Shown here piece by piece: positions 17,657 to 26,019 of a stretch of DNA of 37,766 bases. How positions within the stretch are numbered: position 1 is the first letter of the stretch; each line of letters opens with the position of its first letter. Origin of the DNA: a virus (lineage: Duplodnaviria > Caudoviricetes); the IMG/VR virus record IMGVR_UViG_3300010150_000056, positions 1 to 37,766 of that record. The stretch is one strand, 5' to 3'. Below the pieces are notes generated by a model. That model had not been told where the DNA came from and made no database searches. It worked only from the letters and a program-made list of their open reading frames with translations. The position numbers and the translations under genes were made by a program.

Positions 17657-19212
17657 TACATTTCCTCCACTGGTAGATATGTACCGCTGTTCTCAATTTC
17701 TACCTGAATAGGTTGACTTGCTTTAATTACTACTGGAATATCTATATCCTCAACAACAATCTGTTCGGTAGTAACTTCAATATTAGGAGTGATAACTGGG
17801 AGTTCATCACGTAGTTTATCTTCTGATGATGGAATGTCAATAGCATTAGGTGTCTGGTCAATGTTAATAGGCACAATAAGTTGATCGATAGCAGTTAAAC
17901 CAGCCTGTCCAACTCCATACAAAGTATATGAAATAGTACGTGGTCCTCTATCATGATACGTAACATAATGAGTATATGTACTATTCGCAGATTGTCCTGG
18001 TCCAAGATTAACAGGGCTTTCAGGTGGTGTTGTGATGTTATTATCCAGATCAGTTTCCATTATTTGCAACTCATAAGTTGTTATTGCTCTTGTCATCTCA
18101 TGAGAAATAATTACATTATCACCATAATTTACTGATAGAGGACCATTAATCGCAACTTCTGGTGGATCAACCACAACAACTGTGACTGTCGCACTGCCAG
18201 TTCCACCAGGACCAGAAGCAAACAGAGTATATGTGGTGGTTACTGTTGGAGAAATAGTTTGGAGAGAATTTAAATTAGTAGAACCAACTCCATTATCAAT
18301 AGTGACTGAATTTACACTACCAGATACATTCCAACGTAGTGTTGTAGCTACACCACTAACAATCTCACTGTCATCTACATTAAATTGTATATTAGGAGGT
18401 TGATAAACAGTGAGAGTCCTACTGACAGACGCATTTGTATATCCATAATAATTTCCAGTAAGTCTATATGATGTAGTAGAGGTGGGACTTATTGATTGGC
18501 TTCCACTGCCACTAACATTACCGAGACCAGTTATATTTTGAGAGGTAGAGTTATATGCACTCCATGATATTGTGGCGCTTTGTCCTCGAATAATAGAACT
18601 AGGACTAATACTCAAACTTACACTTGGAGTAGGATATGTACACCCAGAATTAACATTGGCACTTGGATTGTAGTTAGAGGCATATGGATCTGTACACCCG
18701 TATATTGTATAGTTACATCCTGTGCTGGGTTGATTTGCCCATCCGTTATAGTTAGTGGCATTAGGATCTTTACAACCATAGACAAGAAGAGGTGAATACC
18801 ACGCAATACCCTCGCGTACATATCCACCAGGTGTACTACTACTAGTGTCATATCTATGGTCACCAGTAGAACCTTTATAATATCTATAAACTGGTTGGCG
18901 ATATGGTCCATTGCTCGTAAATGCTACACCAATAATACCTTCACGACGATAGCTTGAAGGAGTACCAGGTGAAGTCTTGAATAGGTGATCATTGATGCTA
19001 GGACTCCAAAATCTGTAGACATATGCCACACCTTGACCATTAATTCCATGAGAACTCATGGCCATGAATAGGTTCCATACATTAGTTCCAGTCTGGTAGT
19101 ATGCACCCAAAGATTCTCCACCAGGATTTGAGGTATAGAAAGAATCCCCGCCAGGATTATTAGGGTTAAAAAACGAATCAAATCTATGTAGATTTCCAGA
19201 TCTTCCTGCCAT
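17656..19212 (-). CDS. putative fibre tip/adhesin paralog 4 (DUF5648-like N-terminal repeats)
   Basis: VYRFW....DHLF...Y.REGI and VYRYY...GDH.Y...Y.REGIAWY repeats; two GC.DP.A.NYN motifs; Ig-like repeats; shared tail. Confidence 0.75.
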   Translation of the reverse strand: MAGRSGNLHRFDSFFNPNNPGGDSFYTSNPGGESLGAYYQTGTNVWNLFMAMSSHGINGQGVAYVYRFWSPSINDHLFKTSPGTPSSYRREGIIGVAFTSNGPYRQPVYRYYKGSTGDHRYDTSSSTPGGYVREGIAWYSPLLVYGCKDPNATNYNGWANQPSTGCNYTIYGCTDPYASNYNPSANVNSGCTYPTPSVSLSISPSSIIRGQSATISWSAYNSTSQNITGLGNVSGSGSQSISPTSTTSYRLTGNYYGYTNASVSRTLTVYQPPNIQFNVDDSEIVSGVATTLRWNVSGSVNSVTIDNGVGSTNLNSLQTISPTVTTTYTLFASGPGGTGSATVTVVVVDPPEVAINGPLSVNYGDNVIISHEMTRAITTYELQIMETDLDNNITTPPESPVNLGPGQSANSTYTHYVTYHDRGPRTISYTLYGVGQAGLTAIDQLIVPINIDQTPNAIDIPSSEDKLRDELPVITPNIEVTTEQIVVEDIDIPVVIKASQPIQVEIENSGTYLPVEEM

Positions 19213-19214
19213 GT

Positions 19215-20885
19215 CTAGATCTCCCTAACGTCTACATATGTTCCACTATTTTCAATTTCAACCTGAATAGGTTTGTCTGACTTGATTTCAACAGGCACAT
19301 CAATATCATCAACAACAATTTGTTCACTAGTAACTATTGCATCTGGTGTAATAACTGGTTGCTCATCACGTAGTTTATCTTCAGAACTAGGAATATCAAT
19401 AGCATCTGGTGTTCTATCGATATTGATTGCTACATTGAAAAGTGCAGTAGAATACAATCCAGCCTGTCCAATGACATATAACTGGAACAAAACAACATCT
19501 GGTCCAAAATCATCATAATCTGGTTGGAATGAAATACTTCCTTCACTAGAATTTCCTGCTGGCACAGTTGTATACAAGGTCCAATCTGGGTCTGGATTAC
19601 CTTGACTGACATATTTTCTCAATAACTGTGGTGGATCAGTAGCATTTGTGGTGCTATATGTTAAGAGTATATCATTACCATAATCAACAGATATTGGACC
19701 ATTTAAAGAAGCTTCTGGAGGATATACAACCTCAACAGTAATCTGATCTGTATCACTTCCACCAAGACCACTAGCAACTGCCGTATATGTTGTAGTTTGT
19801 GTAGGTTGTAGTGTTATACTTGAAACAAGATTAGTCGATCCAACTCCAGGATTGATATTAACAGTATTAGCATCGCCAGTAGTTACCCACGATAACTCAA
19901 CACTATCTCCAACTGTAATCTGGGGTTTATCTACTGATAATATAATTTCTGGTGGTATTTTGACATCAACAGGAATACTTTGTGCTACTGTTCCACCAGG
20001 TCCACTTGCAGTTAATGTATAAGTTGTATCTTGAGAGGGAGTGAATGTACCACTACCAGAAGTAGATGATGATCCAGGCGCTGGAGTAATATTTACACTC
20101 GAAACTTGACCAGTAACATTCCACTGCATCTGAAAAGAATTTCCAAGAATTAGTGTAGAAGGACTGATCGTAAATACACTAATCGTTGGTGGTGGATTTG
20201 TATATGATAGCACACCATATCCATTACCATTATTACCGTATCCACTATTAGTAATCCAACCAATATCTCCATTATTATACCATCCAGAGTTGCCTCCAAT
20301 GCCAGCATATCCATTACTGGTTGTTGCACCACCCATGCCACCAGCACCGCCAGAAGTTGATCCACCGCCACCACCGCCACGGTGACCAGCAGGGGCAGTT
20401 CCACCCGTTCTCCAACTCGGAGAACTACTAGTACCTCCACCACCAATACCACGACCAGCAGAATAATATCCACCAACACCAGTATTGTTGTTCTGTTTAC
20501 CAGCACCGCCACCACCACCGCACCATGCGATGTATCTTCCTAATCCACTATCATAAACGCCAGAAGCTCCGCCTCCGCCACCACCAGAACGATGACCCCT
20601 ACCACCACCTGCTAATGGAGAACCACCACCAGATCCACCAGGATTAGCTGGTCCGTATCCTTTAGCACCTTGACTACCAAGATAGAAAGTTAAAGTATAT
20701 GAATAAGGTCTTGTTGCAATAGTAAAATTACCTGCCCTACCAAAACCACCACGCGAATGATTCCATGTTGGTGCTTGAGATCCTCCACCACTTGCTGCAG
20801 CCACTGTAAAGGTTACATTAGTAGCATATGCTGGGACCGTCCAAGAAATAGTTCCAGGACTAAATTTACTAAAACTTACAGTCAT
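19215..20885 (-). CDS. putative fibre tip/adhesin paralog 3 (glycine-rich N-terminus)
   Basis: WTVP...VTFTVAAASGGG, multiple GGGGG runs; Ig-like repeats; shared tail. Confidence 0.75.
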   Translation of the reverse strand: MTVSFSKFSPGTISWTVPAYATNVTFTVAAASGGGSQAPTWNHSRGGFGRAGNFTIATRPYSYTLTFYLGSQGAKGYGPANPGGSGGGSPLAGGGRGHRSGGGGGGASGVYDSGLGRYIAWCGGGGGAGKQNNNTGVGGYYSAGRGIGGGGTSSSPSWRTGGTAPAGHRGGGGGGSTSGGAGGMGGATTSNGYAGIGGNSGWYNNGDIGWITNSGYGNNGNGYGVLSYTNPPPTISVFTISPSTLILGNSFQMQWNVTGQVSSVNITPAPGSSSTSGSGTFTPSQDTTYTLTASGPGGTVAQSIPVDVKIPPEIILSVDKPQITVGDSVELSWVTTGDANTVNINPGVGSTNLVSSITLQPTQTTTYTAVASGLGGSDTDQITVEVVYPPEASLNGPISVDYGNDILLTYSTTNATDPPQLLRKYVSQGNPDPDWTLYTTVPAGNSSEGSISFQPDYDDFGPDVVLFQLYVIGQAGLYSTALFNVAINIDRTPDAIDIPSSEDKLRDEQPVITPDAIVTSEQIVVDDIDVPVEIKSDKPIQVEIENSGTYVDVREI

Positions 20886-22228
20886 AACTCTCTTATGTTG
20901 TACCAGACATTAGAATTATTGATCTCAACCTGAACAGGAAAATTAGATTTAACTTCTACAGGAATATCTATATCATCAACAACAATCTGTTCACTAGTAA
21001 CCTCAATATTAGGGGTGATAACTGGCTGCTCATCTCTCAACTTATCTTCAATTGAGGGAATATCGATAGCATCTGGTGTCTGGTCAATGTTAATAGGAAC
21101 AGTAACTTGCCTAATCCTTATCAATCCTCCTTGTCCATTGGCAGTCATAGTAACAATAATTGCCATGGGTCCACGATTTCCCCAGACTGGAGCATATTCA
21201 TATAAAGATGCATCAGTAGGAGTAGTGAAATTATATGTAGTATCACTACCATCTAAATCTCTCTGTATAACCTCTACATCTACACTGTTTGCATTTGTTA
21301 CTTCGTAAGAAAAATTAATAGTTTCCTGACCATATGGTACTACAATTGGACCACTAACTTCTAGTGATGGTGGTTGAATTACTGTTAAAGTAAGTTGTGT
21401 ACTAGTAGATCCAGCAACGCCATTAGCAGTAAGCGTATATGTGGTTGTCACTGTTGGTTGTACTATGCTATTACTATTCAACAATGTCGCCCCGATACTA
21501 GGGCTGATAGTCATAGTGCTAGCATCACCACTAGTTGACCAGTATAATCTAGTATTTCCTCCAAGAACAATAGTATCTGTTTGGAAATATGCTGTAATTT
21601 GTGGCGGTATATAAACAGTCTGATAGAAGCTCGATGATCTGCTTCCCCCATTCCATGCTACTGTGAATGTATATGTGCCAGAACTCTGGGGTTGTATATT
21701 ACTACTACCAGACGTGCTTACATTACCAATACCAGTTACTGTTGCACTTTGCATGTATTGTCCATAAGAAGTAGACCACGATACATTAGTGCTTTGACCC
21801 CTGATAAGTGGATTATTACTAGAAGTAAAATATAGTGTTGGGTTTACAATAACACAAGATCCATCATCCACTTGTGCAGATGGATTGTAATTAATTGCAG
21901 AACTATTTGTACAACCATACACAGGTATAGGACTACGATACTGACTGTTATTGATGAACTCCCCATCACTAACATATACGAGCATATCATTGTAGTCATT
22001 ATCAGATCCAGCTCCTTGTCTGTCATCTAGACCCAAAGTTCTGGAATTTAATCTCCTCATCGCAACATAACCAGGACCACTACCACTAGCAGACAGGTTA
22101 AAAGTTTGATTCCACCCTACGTAGACAGATCTGTTAGTAGGATTAGGTCCAAGAGTTCCACCAGGCATACCATACAGGTAGTTATTATCACCAGCGTTTC
22201 TTGCAGTTGATATGTTTATTGTAGGCAT
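20882..22228 (-). CDS. putative fibre tip/adhesin paralog 2 (LecB/DUF4114-like Ca-binding motif)
   Basis: LGLDDRQGAGSDNDYNDMLVYV; GCTNSSAINYNPSAQVDDGSC; Ig-like repeats; shared tail. Confidence 0.75.
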   Translation of the reverse strand: MPTINISTARNAGDNNYLYGMPGGTLGPNPTNRSVYVGWNQTFNLSASGSGPGYVAMRRLNSRTLGLDDRQGAGSDNDYNDMLVYVSDGEFINNSQYRSPIPVYGCTNSSAINYNPSAQVDDGSCVIVNPTLYFTSSNNPLIRGQSTNVSWSTSYGQYMQSATVTGIGNVSTSGSSNIQPQSSGTYTFTVAWNGGSRSSSFYQTVYIPPQITAYFQTDTIVLGGNTRLYWSTSGDASTMTISPSIGATLLNSNSIVQPTVTTTYTLTANGVAGSTSTQLTLTVIQPPSLEVSGPIVVPYGQETINFSYEVTNANSVDVEVIQRDLDGSDTTYNFTTPTDASLYEYAPVWGNRGPMAIIVTMTANGQGGLIRIRQVTVPINIDQTPDAIDIPSIEDKLRDEQPVITPNIEVTSEQIVVDDIDIPVEVKSNFPVQVEINNSNVWYNIREL

Positions 22229-23733
22229 CAGATTTGTCTCACATCATACCAAACATCACCATTCTCGATTTCCACTTGAATAGGATAGTCTGATTTAATT
22301 TCTACAGGAATATCTATATCATCAACAACAATTTGTTCACTAGTAACTTCTACATTAGGAGTGATGACTGGAATTTCATCTCTTAATTTGTCTTCGGTTG
22401 AAGGGATATCAATCGCATCTGGTGTCTGGTCGATATTGACAGGAATAACTACTTGCTCATATGCAACCAACCCACCGTATCCATTGGCAGTAAACAAAAA
22501 TGTTACTGATGTTGGACCAAAATTATCATATGCAGGAGTATATGCATAATCTGTAAGATCAACAAGATCACCATTACTACCTGGAATAGTTACTGAAGCT
22601 TCCTGCTCTTGAGTACCATTTGTATTGACATATGCAGTAGTAAAACTAATACCACCAGGCACATTTGTAGCACTTATGCTAAAAGGCATATCATCCAAAT
22701 AGTCAACAACAATTGGACCAGAAACACTCAATGTTGGTGGTGGCAATACTGTTAACACAGCAGTATCACTACCTGTCCCACCAAGACCAGTAGCAGTTCC
22801 TGTATAAACTATACTTTGTGTTGGCGTAACTGTTTGATAACCATTTAGGTTAGTAACACCAATTCCATTATCAATAGACATTGTGTCAGCATCACCAGTA
22901 GTAGTCCATGTCAAAGTAGCACTCTCCCCCAAGACAATAGTGTCATTGTCAAAAGACATAGTAACCACTGGTGGAATCAGTACAGTAACTGTAACTGTAT
23001 CTTGTGTCGTATATGCTGGATTAATTGCATTAACTGTCCAGCTTCCTGATCCTGATGGACTAATAGATAAAGATCCACTCGTACCTACATTACCTATTCC
23101 ACTAATGTTGACAGTATCAATGTCACCAGATGTACTCCAGGTTAATGTAGTGGAGCTGCCTAAAATGATAGAAGAAGGATTAGCACTTATACTAGCAGCA
23201 GGTCTATCATAAGTGGTTTGATTGATATAAATGCCACCAACATAACCTCTTCTTCTATTACCAGTACCACCCTGTACTCCACCCTGTCCGATAGTCCAAC
23301 CTACGTTTTGACCACCAACAGCACCATTTGATCCTCGATAATATGTTGCTAGTGACGCACCGCCGCCACCGCCGCCACCAGAGTTTGGAGGACCACGCCA
23401 CTGTCCTGCACCACCAAATCCATATGGTCCATAACCAGACGCAGCACGCAAAAACTCACCACCAGAATTGTTAATTTGACCACTTCTACCATAGGCATAA
23501 TTTCCATATCCACCATAACCACCACGATTTAGTTCACCAGCTCTACCACCTTGAGACCACAATCCTGTTGTGTTGAGTCTGGTATCACCACCATTTTGAG
23601 GAACTCTACCATAACCTGGTCCAGGGCGAGCACCACCGCCACCACCTGCAACAGTAATATACTGGACGTATTTTACATCAGCTCTTAACCTCAAGCTACT
23701 ACTGTAAGTATATTGACTGTTGTATTGAGCCAT
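22228..23733 (-). CDS. putative fibre tip/adhesin paralog 1 (glycine-rich N-terminus)
   Basis: VAGGGGG...GGGGGGAS; Ig-like repeats; shared tail. Confidence 0.75.
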   Translation of the reverse strand: MAQYNSQYTYSSSLRLRADVKYVQYITVAGGGGGARPGPGYGRVPQNGGDTRLNTTGLWSQGGRAGELNRGGYGGYGNYAYGRSGQINNSGGEFLRAASGYGPYGFGGAGQWRGPPNSGGGGGGGASLATYYRGSNGAVGGQNVGWTIGQGGVQGGTGNRRRGYVGGIYINQTTYDRPAASISANPSSIILGSSTTLTWSTSGDIDTVNISGIGNVGTSGSLSISPSGSGSWTVNAINPAYTTQDTVTVTVLIPPVVTMSFDNDTIVLGESATLTWTTTGDADTMSIDNGIGVTNLNGYQTVTPTQSIVYTGTATGLGGTGSDTAVLTVLPPPTLSVSGPIVVDYLDDMPFSISATNVPGGISFTTAYVNTNGTQEQEASVTIPGSNGDLVDLTDYAYTPAYDNFGPTSVTFLFTANGYGGLVAYEQVVIPVNIDQTPDAIDIPSTEDKLRDEIPVITPNVEVTSEQIVVDDIDIPVEIKSDYPIQVEIENGDVWYDVRQI

Positions 23734-23734
23734 A

Positions 23735-24652
23735 TCAGAACTTGATAATGTAATGTACCATAATGAAAGGAGTTACAACCTGGTTCAATACTTCTAAATT
23801 AGTTGTGTCAACATCGATGTACGATTCCATATCATCTAGTGGAATATTAGCAGCAGGGAATGAATAACTGAAGTTTTGAGCATAAGTAAAAGGTTTTGAA
23901 ATTCTGTGATCGTGACTAGCCGAACCTCTTTGAACGTTTGGTTGAGTTTCATCCAAAATATTTTCTGCTTCTACGTTTGCACTAAATGCTGTATCAGAGT
24001 CACCAGTCAATCCATCACCATCAATACGATATTGAGACGCTGTGGTGTTTAGAATATGTGAGTCAGCATCATGTTGATGTGCTTGAAACTGTTCAATAGA
24101 AAGAATCTCTGGCGAAACATAAGAGTCCATGGTGTACTTGATATTACCTCTAAAAGGAATAGATGATTGGGCAGTAAGTTTCATGCCATCACCAGTATTA
24201 GAGACATAATTTACAAATAGTCTCTCGCCAAGAGGTGTCTGTGGAGATACTTCAACACCAACCTTATTCTGGTTAGGCTTGTTCTCCATTGTTGTATCAC
24301 GATACTCACCAGATCCTCTACCACCAATGATAACTTTAGATCCTAGGTCAGGTATCTGAAATGATCCAAGATCTCCTGTGTCAGTATCTGGATCACGTAG
24401 AATTGCATTTTCTTTTGCAAATCTACATTCAGTTCCTACACCCAAAATTCTAGACAGTAGAAGATAATCTTTTGCATTTAAAATAGATCCATCACATCTC
24501 AAAAATCCACCAGGCATATTATCTTTGAATACTGCTGTACTAGGATCATTATTGAATCCCATTCCATAAACAGTATGCATCTGAATAGTTCCAGGAACAC
24601 CACCCCAATGCGCTTTCTGCCTAGCATAATTAGTAGATATTGACTTTGCCAT
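23735..24652 (-). CDS. tail collar domain protein
   Basis: PGTI...PGGFLRCDG.....Y..L..ILG...FQIPDLG; HQH and HDH; ends YIIKF. Confidence 0.85.
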   Translation of the reverse strand: MAKSISTNYARQKAHWGGVPGTIQMHTVYGMGFNNDPSTAVFKDNMPGGFLRCDGSILNAKDYLLLSRILGVGTECRFAKENAILRDPDTDTGDLGSFQIPDLGSKVIIGGRGSGEYRDTTMENKPNQNKVGVEVSPQTPLGERLFVNYVSNTGDGMKLTAQSSIPFRGNIKYTMDSYVSPEILSIEQFQAHQHDADSHILNTTASQYRIDGDGLTGDSDTAFSANVEAENILDETQPNVQRGSASHDHRISKPFTYAQNFSYSFPAANIPLDDMESYIDVDTTNLEVLNQVVTPFIMVHYIIKF

Positions 24653-24653
24653 T

Positions 24654-26015
24654 TTAGTATGCTCTGATGATGTATATACAGGAAAGTGTTGGTTGTGAGA
24701 TGTTCATGTCTATTTGCAATGCTCTCTCATTCTGTGTATTATCTAGATTCACTGTACCAGGTAAGTTAACGTCAGTGATAATACTAGATGCAGGTCTCAA
24801 TCCACTAGAGTTAAATACCACATCAAACTCACCATGATCATGTGCTTCAATGAAATCACCACCAGGATCAGTGGTAGTAAATGATGTTCCAGCATGACTC
24901 ATCATCGTATTGCGAATTTGTGATGCGGTTTGATTTGAAGAATCATAGTAGTTCTTAACACCACCAGGAATATTAAAACTACCACCCCGAGCTGCAGCTG
25001 GAACCGCTCTACCAGCATCCAAAAATGGTCCTTCAGGTCTTAAATTAGTTACAGCAAATTGACTCGAAATTGGGGATCCTGTTACGATCAGGGGTTTTAG
25101 GTTAACGGGAGGATTCTCCGATTGAACGTGTGCCACAACAACACCCTGTGATCCTCCATTATATCCAGATGGTTGCGTAGCACCAGCTGCTGGCCAAGTA
25201 AACATATAATCAAGTTCTGCTCCTGCTGGAGTTGTACTACCAGTTACATTACCAGCTGCTAGACCAGGTGCAGCATTAACATTACTTGTCGAACCATCAC
25301 CAGCGGAATCATCAGACCAACCAAAGTAGTAAGTATCACCAGTCTGTCCACCACCCTCATTATCAACGTGCGAGTGATATAAAGTGTATGCAATATTTTC
25401 ATAACCAGCAACACCCTCTCCAGGACGTTGTGGATTCTGAATTTCTAACGTTGGATATGTTCCTGGGTGATTATGTCTCTTAACGTGCTTTCTTCCTAAT
25501 TTTCTAGGACCAGTATAAACTGTAGCAACACCTTCTCCATCTTCTTTTGTGTTGCCTGTAATTTTTCCTTGGTATCCAGTTCTGTCATCTGCATTGATAT
25601 TAAAGATAACATCGATGGTGACATTTGTAAAGATAGTGGTAACACCATTATCCTCATTGTCACCGATAATTGGTGACATAATAGTAAGCGCATCGGGATC
25701 TATATCTGCATCCCTACCAGTGCCACCAGATACTCTGGGAGCAAAGTAAGAAGTTTCAATATCCATCAAAGCTTTTTCATTCAAATCAGGAAGTTTAATT
25801 GTTCCAGTATAATTTGGAAAATTTCCTGTAATAGCTCCACCTAAAGCATCATATGTATTACCAACTGCTTGTGTAAGCAATGGATAATCTGCAGCATCTA
25901 CAACACCACCACTACATAGCACCCATCCAGGGGGGATGTTTGATAATCCCCCCGTCCATGGCATAATGGTGCCAACCACTGCCGCTCTTGCTGTTTTTGA
26001 CTCCTGGTAGAACAT
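24654..26015 (-). CDS. tail collar domain protein
   Basis: VGTIMPWTG...IPPGWVLC.G.....YP.L...VGNTY...LPDL; HNH and HDH; ends YIIRAY. Confidence 0.85.
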   Translation of the reverse strand: MFYQESKTARAAVVGTIMPWTGGLSNIPPGWVLCSGGVVDAADYPLLTQAVGNTYDALGGAITGNFPNYTGTIKLPDLNEKALMDIETSYFAPRVSGGTGRDADIDPDALTIMSPIIGDNEDNGVTTIFTNVTIDVIFNINADDRTGYQGKITGNTKEDGEGVATVYTGPRKLGRKHVKRHNHPGTYPTLEIQNPQRPGEGVAGYENIAYTLYHSHVDNEGGGQTGDTYYFGWSDDSAGDGSTSNVNAAPGLAAGNVTGSTTPAGAELDYMFTWPAAGATQPSGYNGGSQGVVVAHVQSENPPVNLKPLIVTGSPISSQFAVTNLRPEGPFLDAGRAVPAAARGGSFNIPGGVKNYYDSSNQTASQIRNTMMSHAGTSFTTTDPGGDFIEAHDHGEFDVVFNSSGLRPASSIITDVNLPGTVNLDNTQNERALQIDMNISQPTLSCIYIIRAY

Positions 26016-26019
26016 TAAA

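Larger units (their letters stand above)
16298..22440 (-). repeat. five dispersed ~210-bp direct repeats (3' ends of the tip paralogs)
   Basis: Copies at about 16298-16507, 17656-17868, 19215-19427, 20882-21094 and 22228-22440; e.g. caacaacaat(c/t)tgttcactagtaac on + in four copies, variant in the fifth. Confidence 0.9.

Noticed and set aside
16298-23733. Shufflon/invertase or diversity-generating retroelement explanation for the tip array
   Set aside because: All copies are full genes in direct orientation; no recombinase, reverse transcriptase, inverted sites or adenine-specific TR/VR pair is seen in the window
19215-23733. Collagen-like repeats in Gly-rich heads as substrate for the prolyl hydroxylases
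   Set aside because: The runs are poly-Gly, not sustained Gly-X-Y triplets
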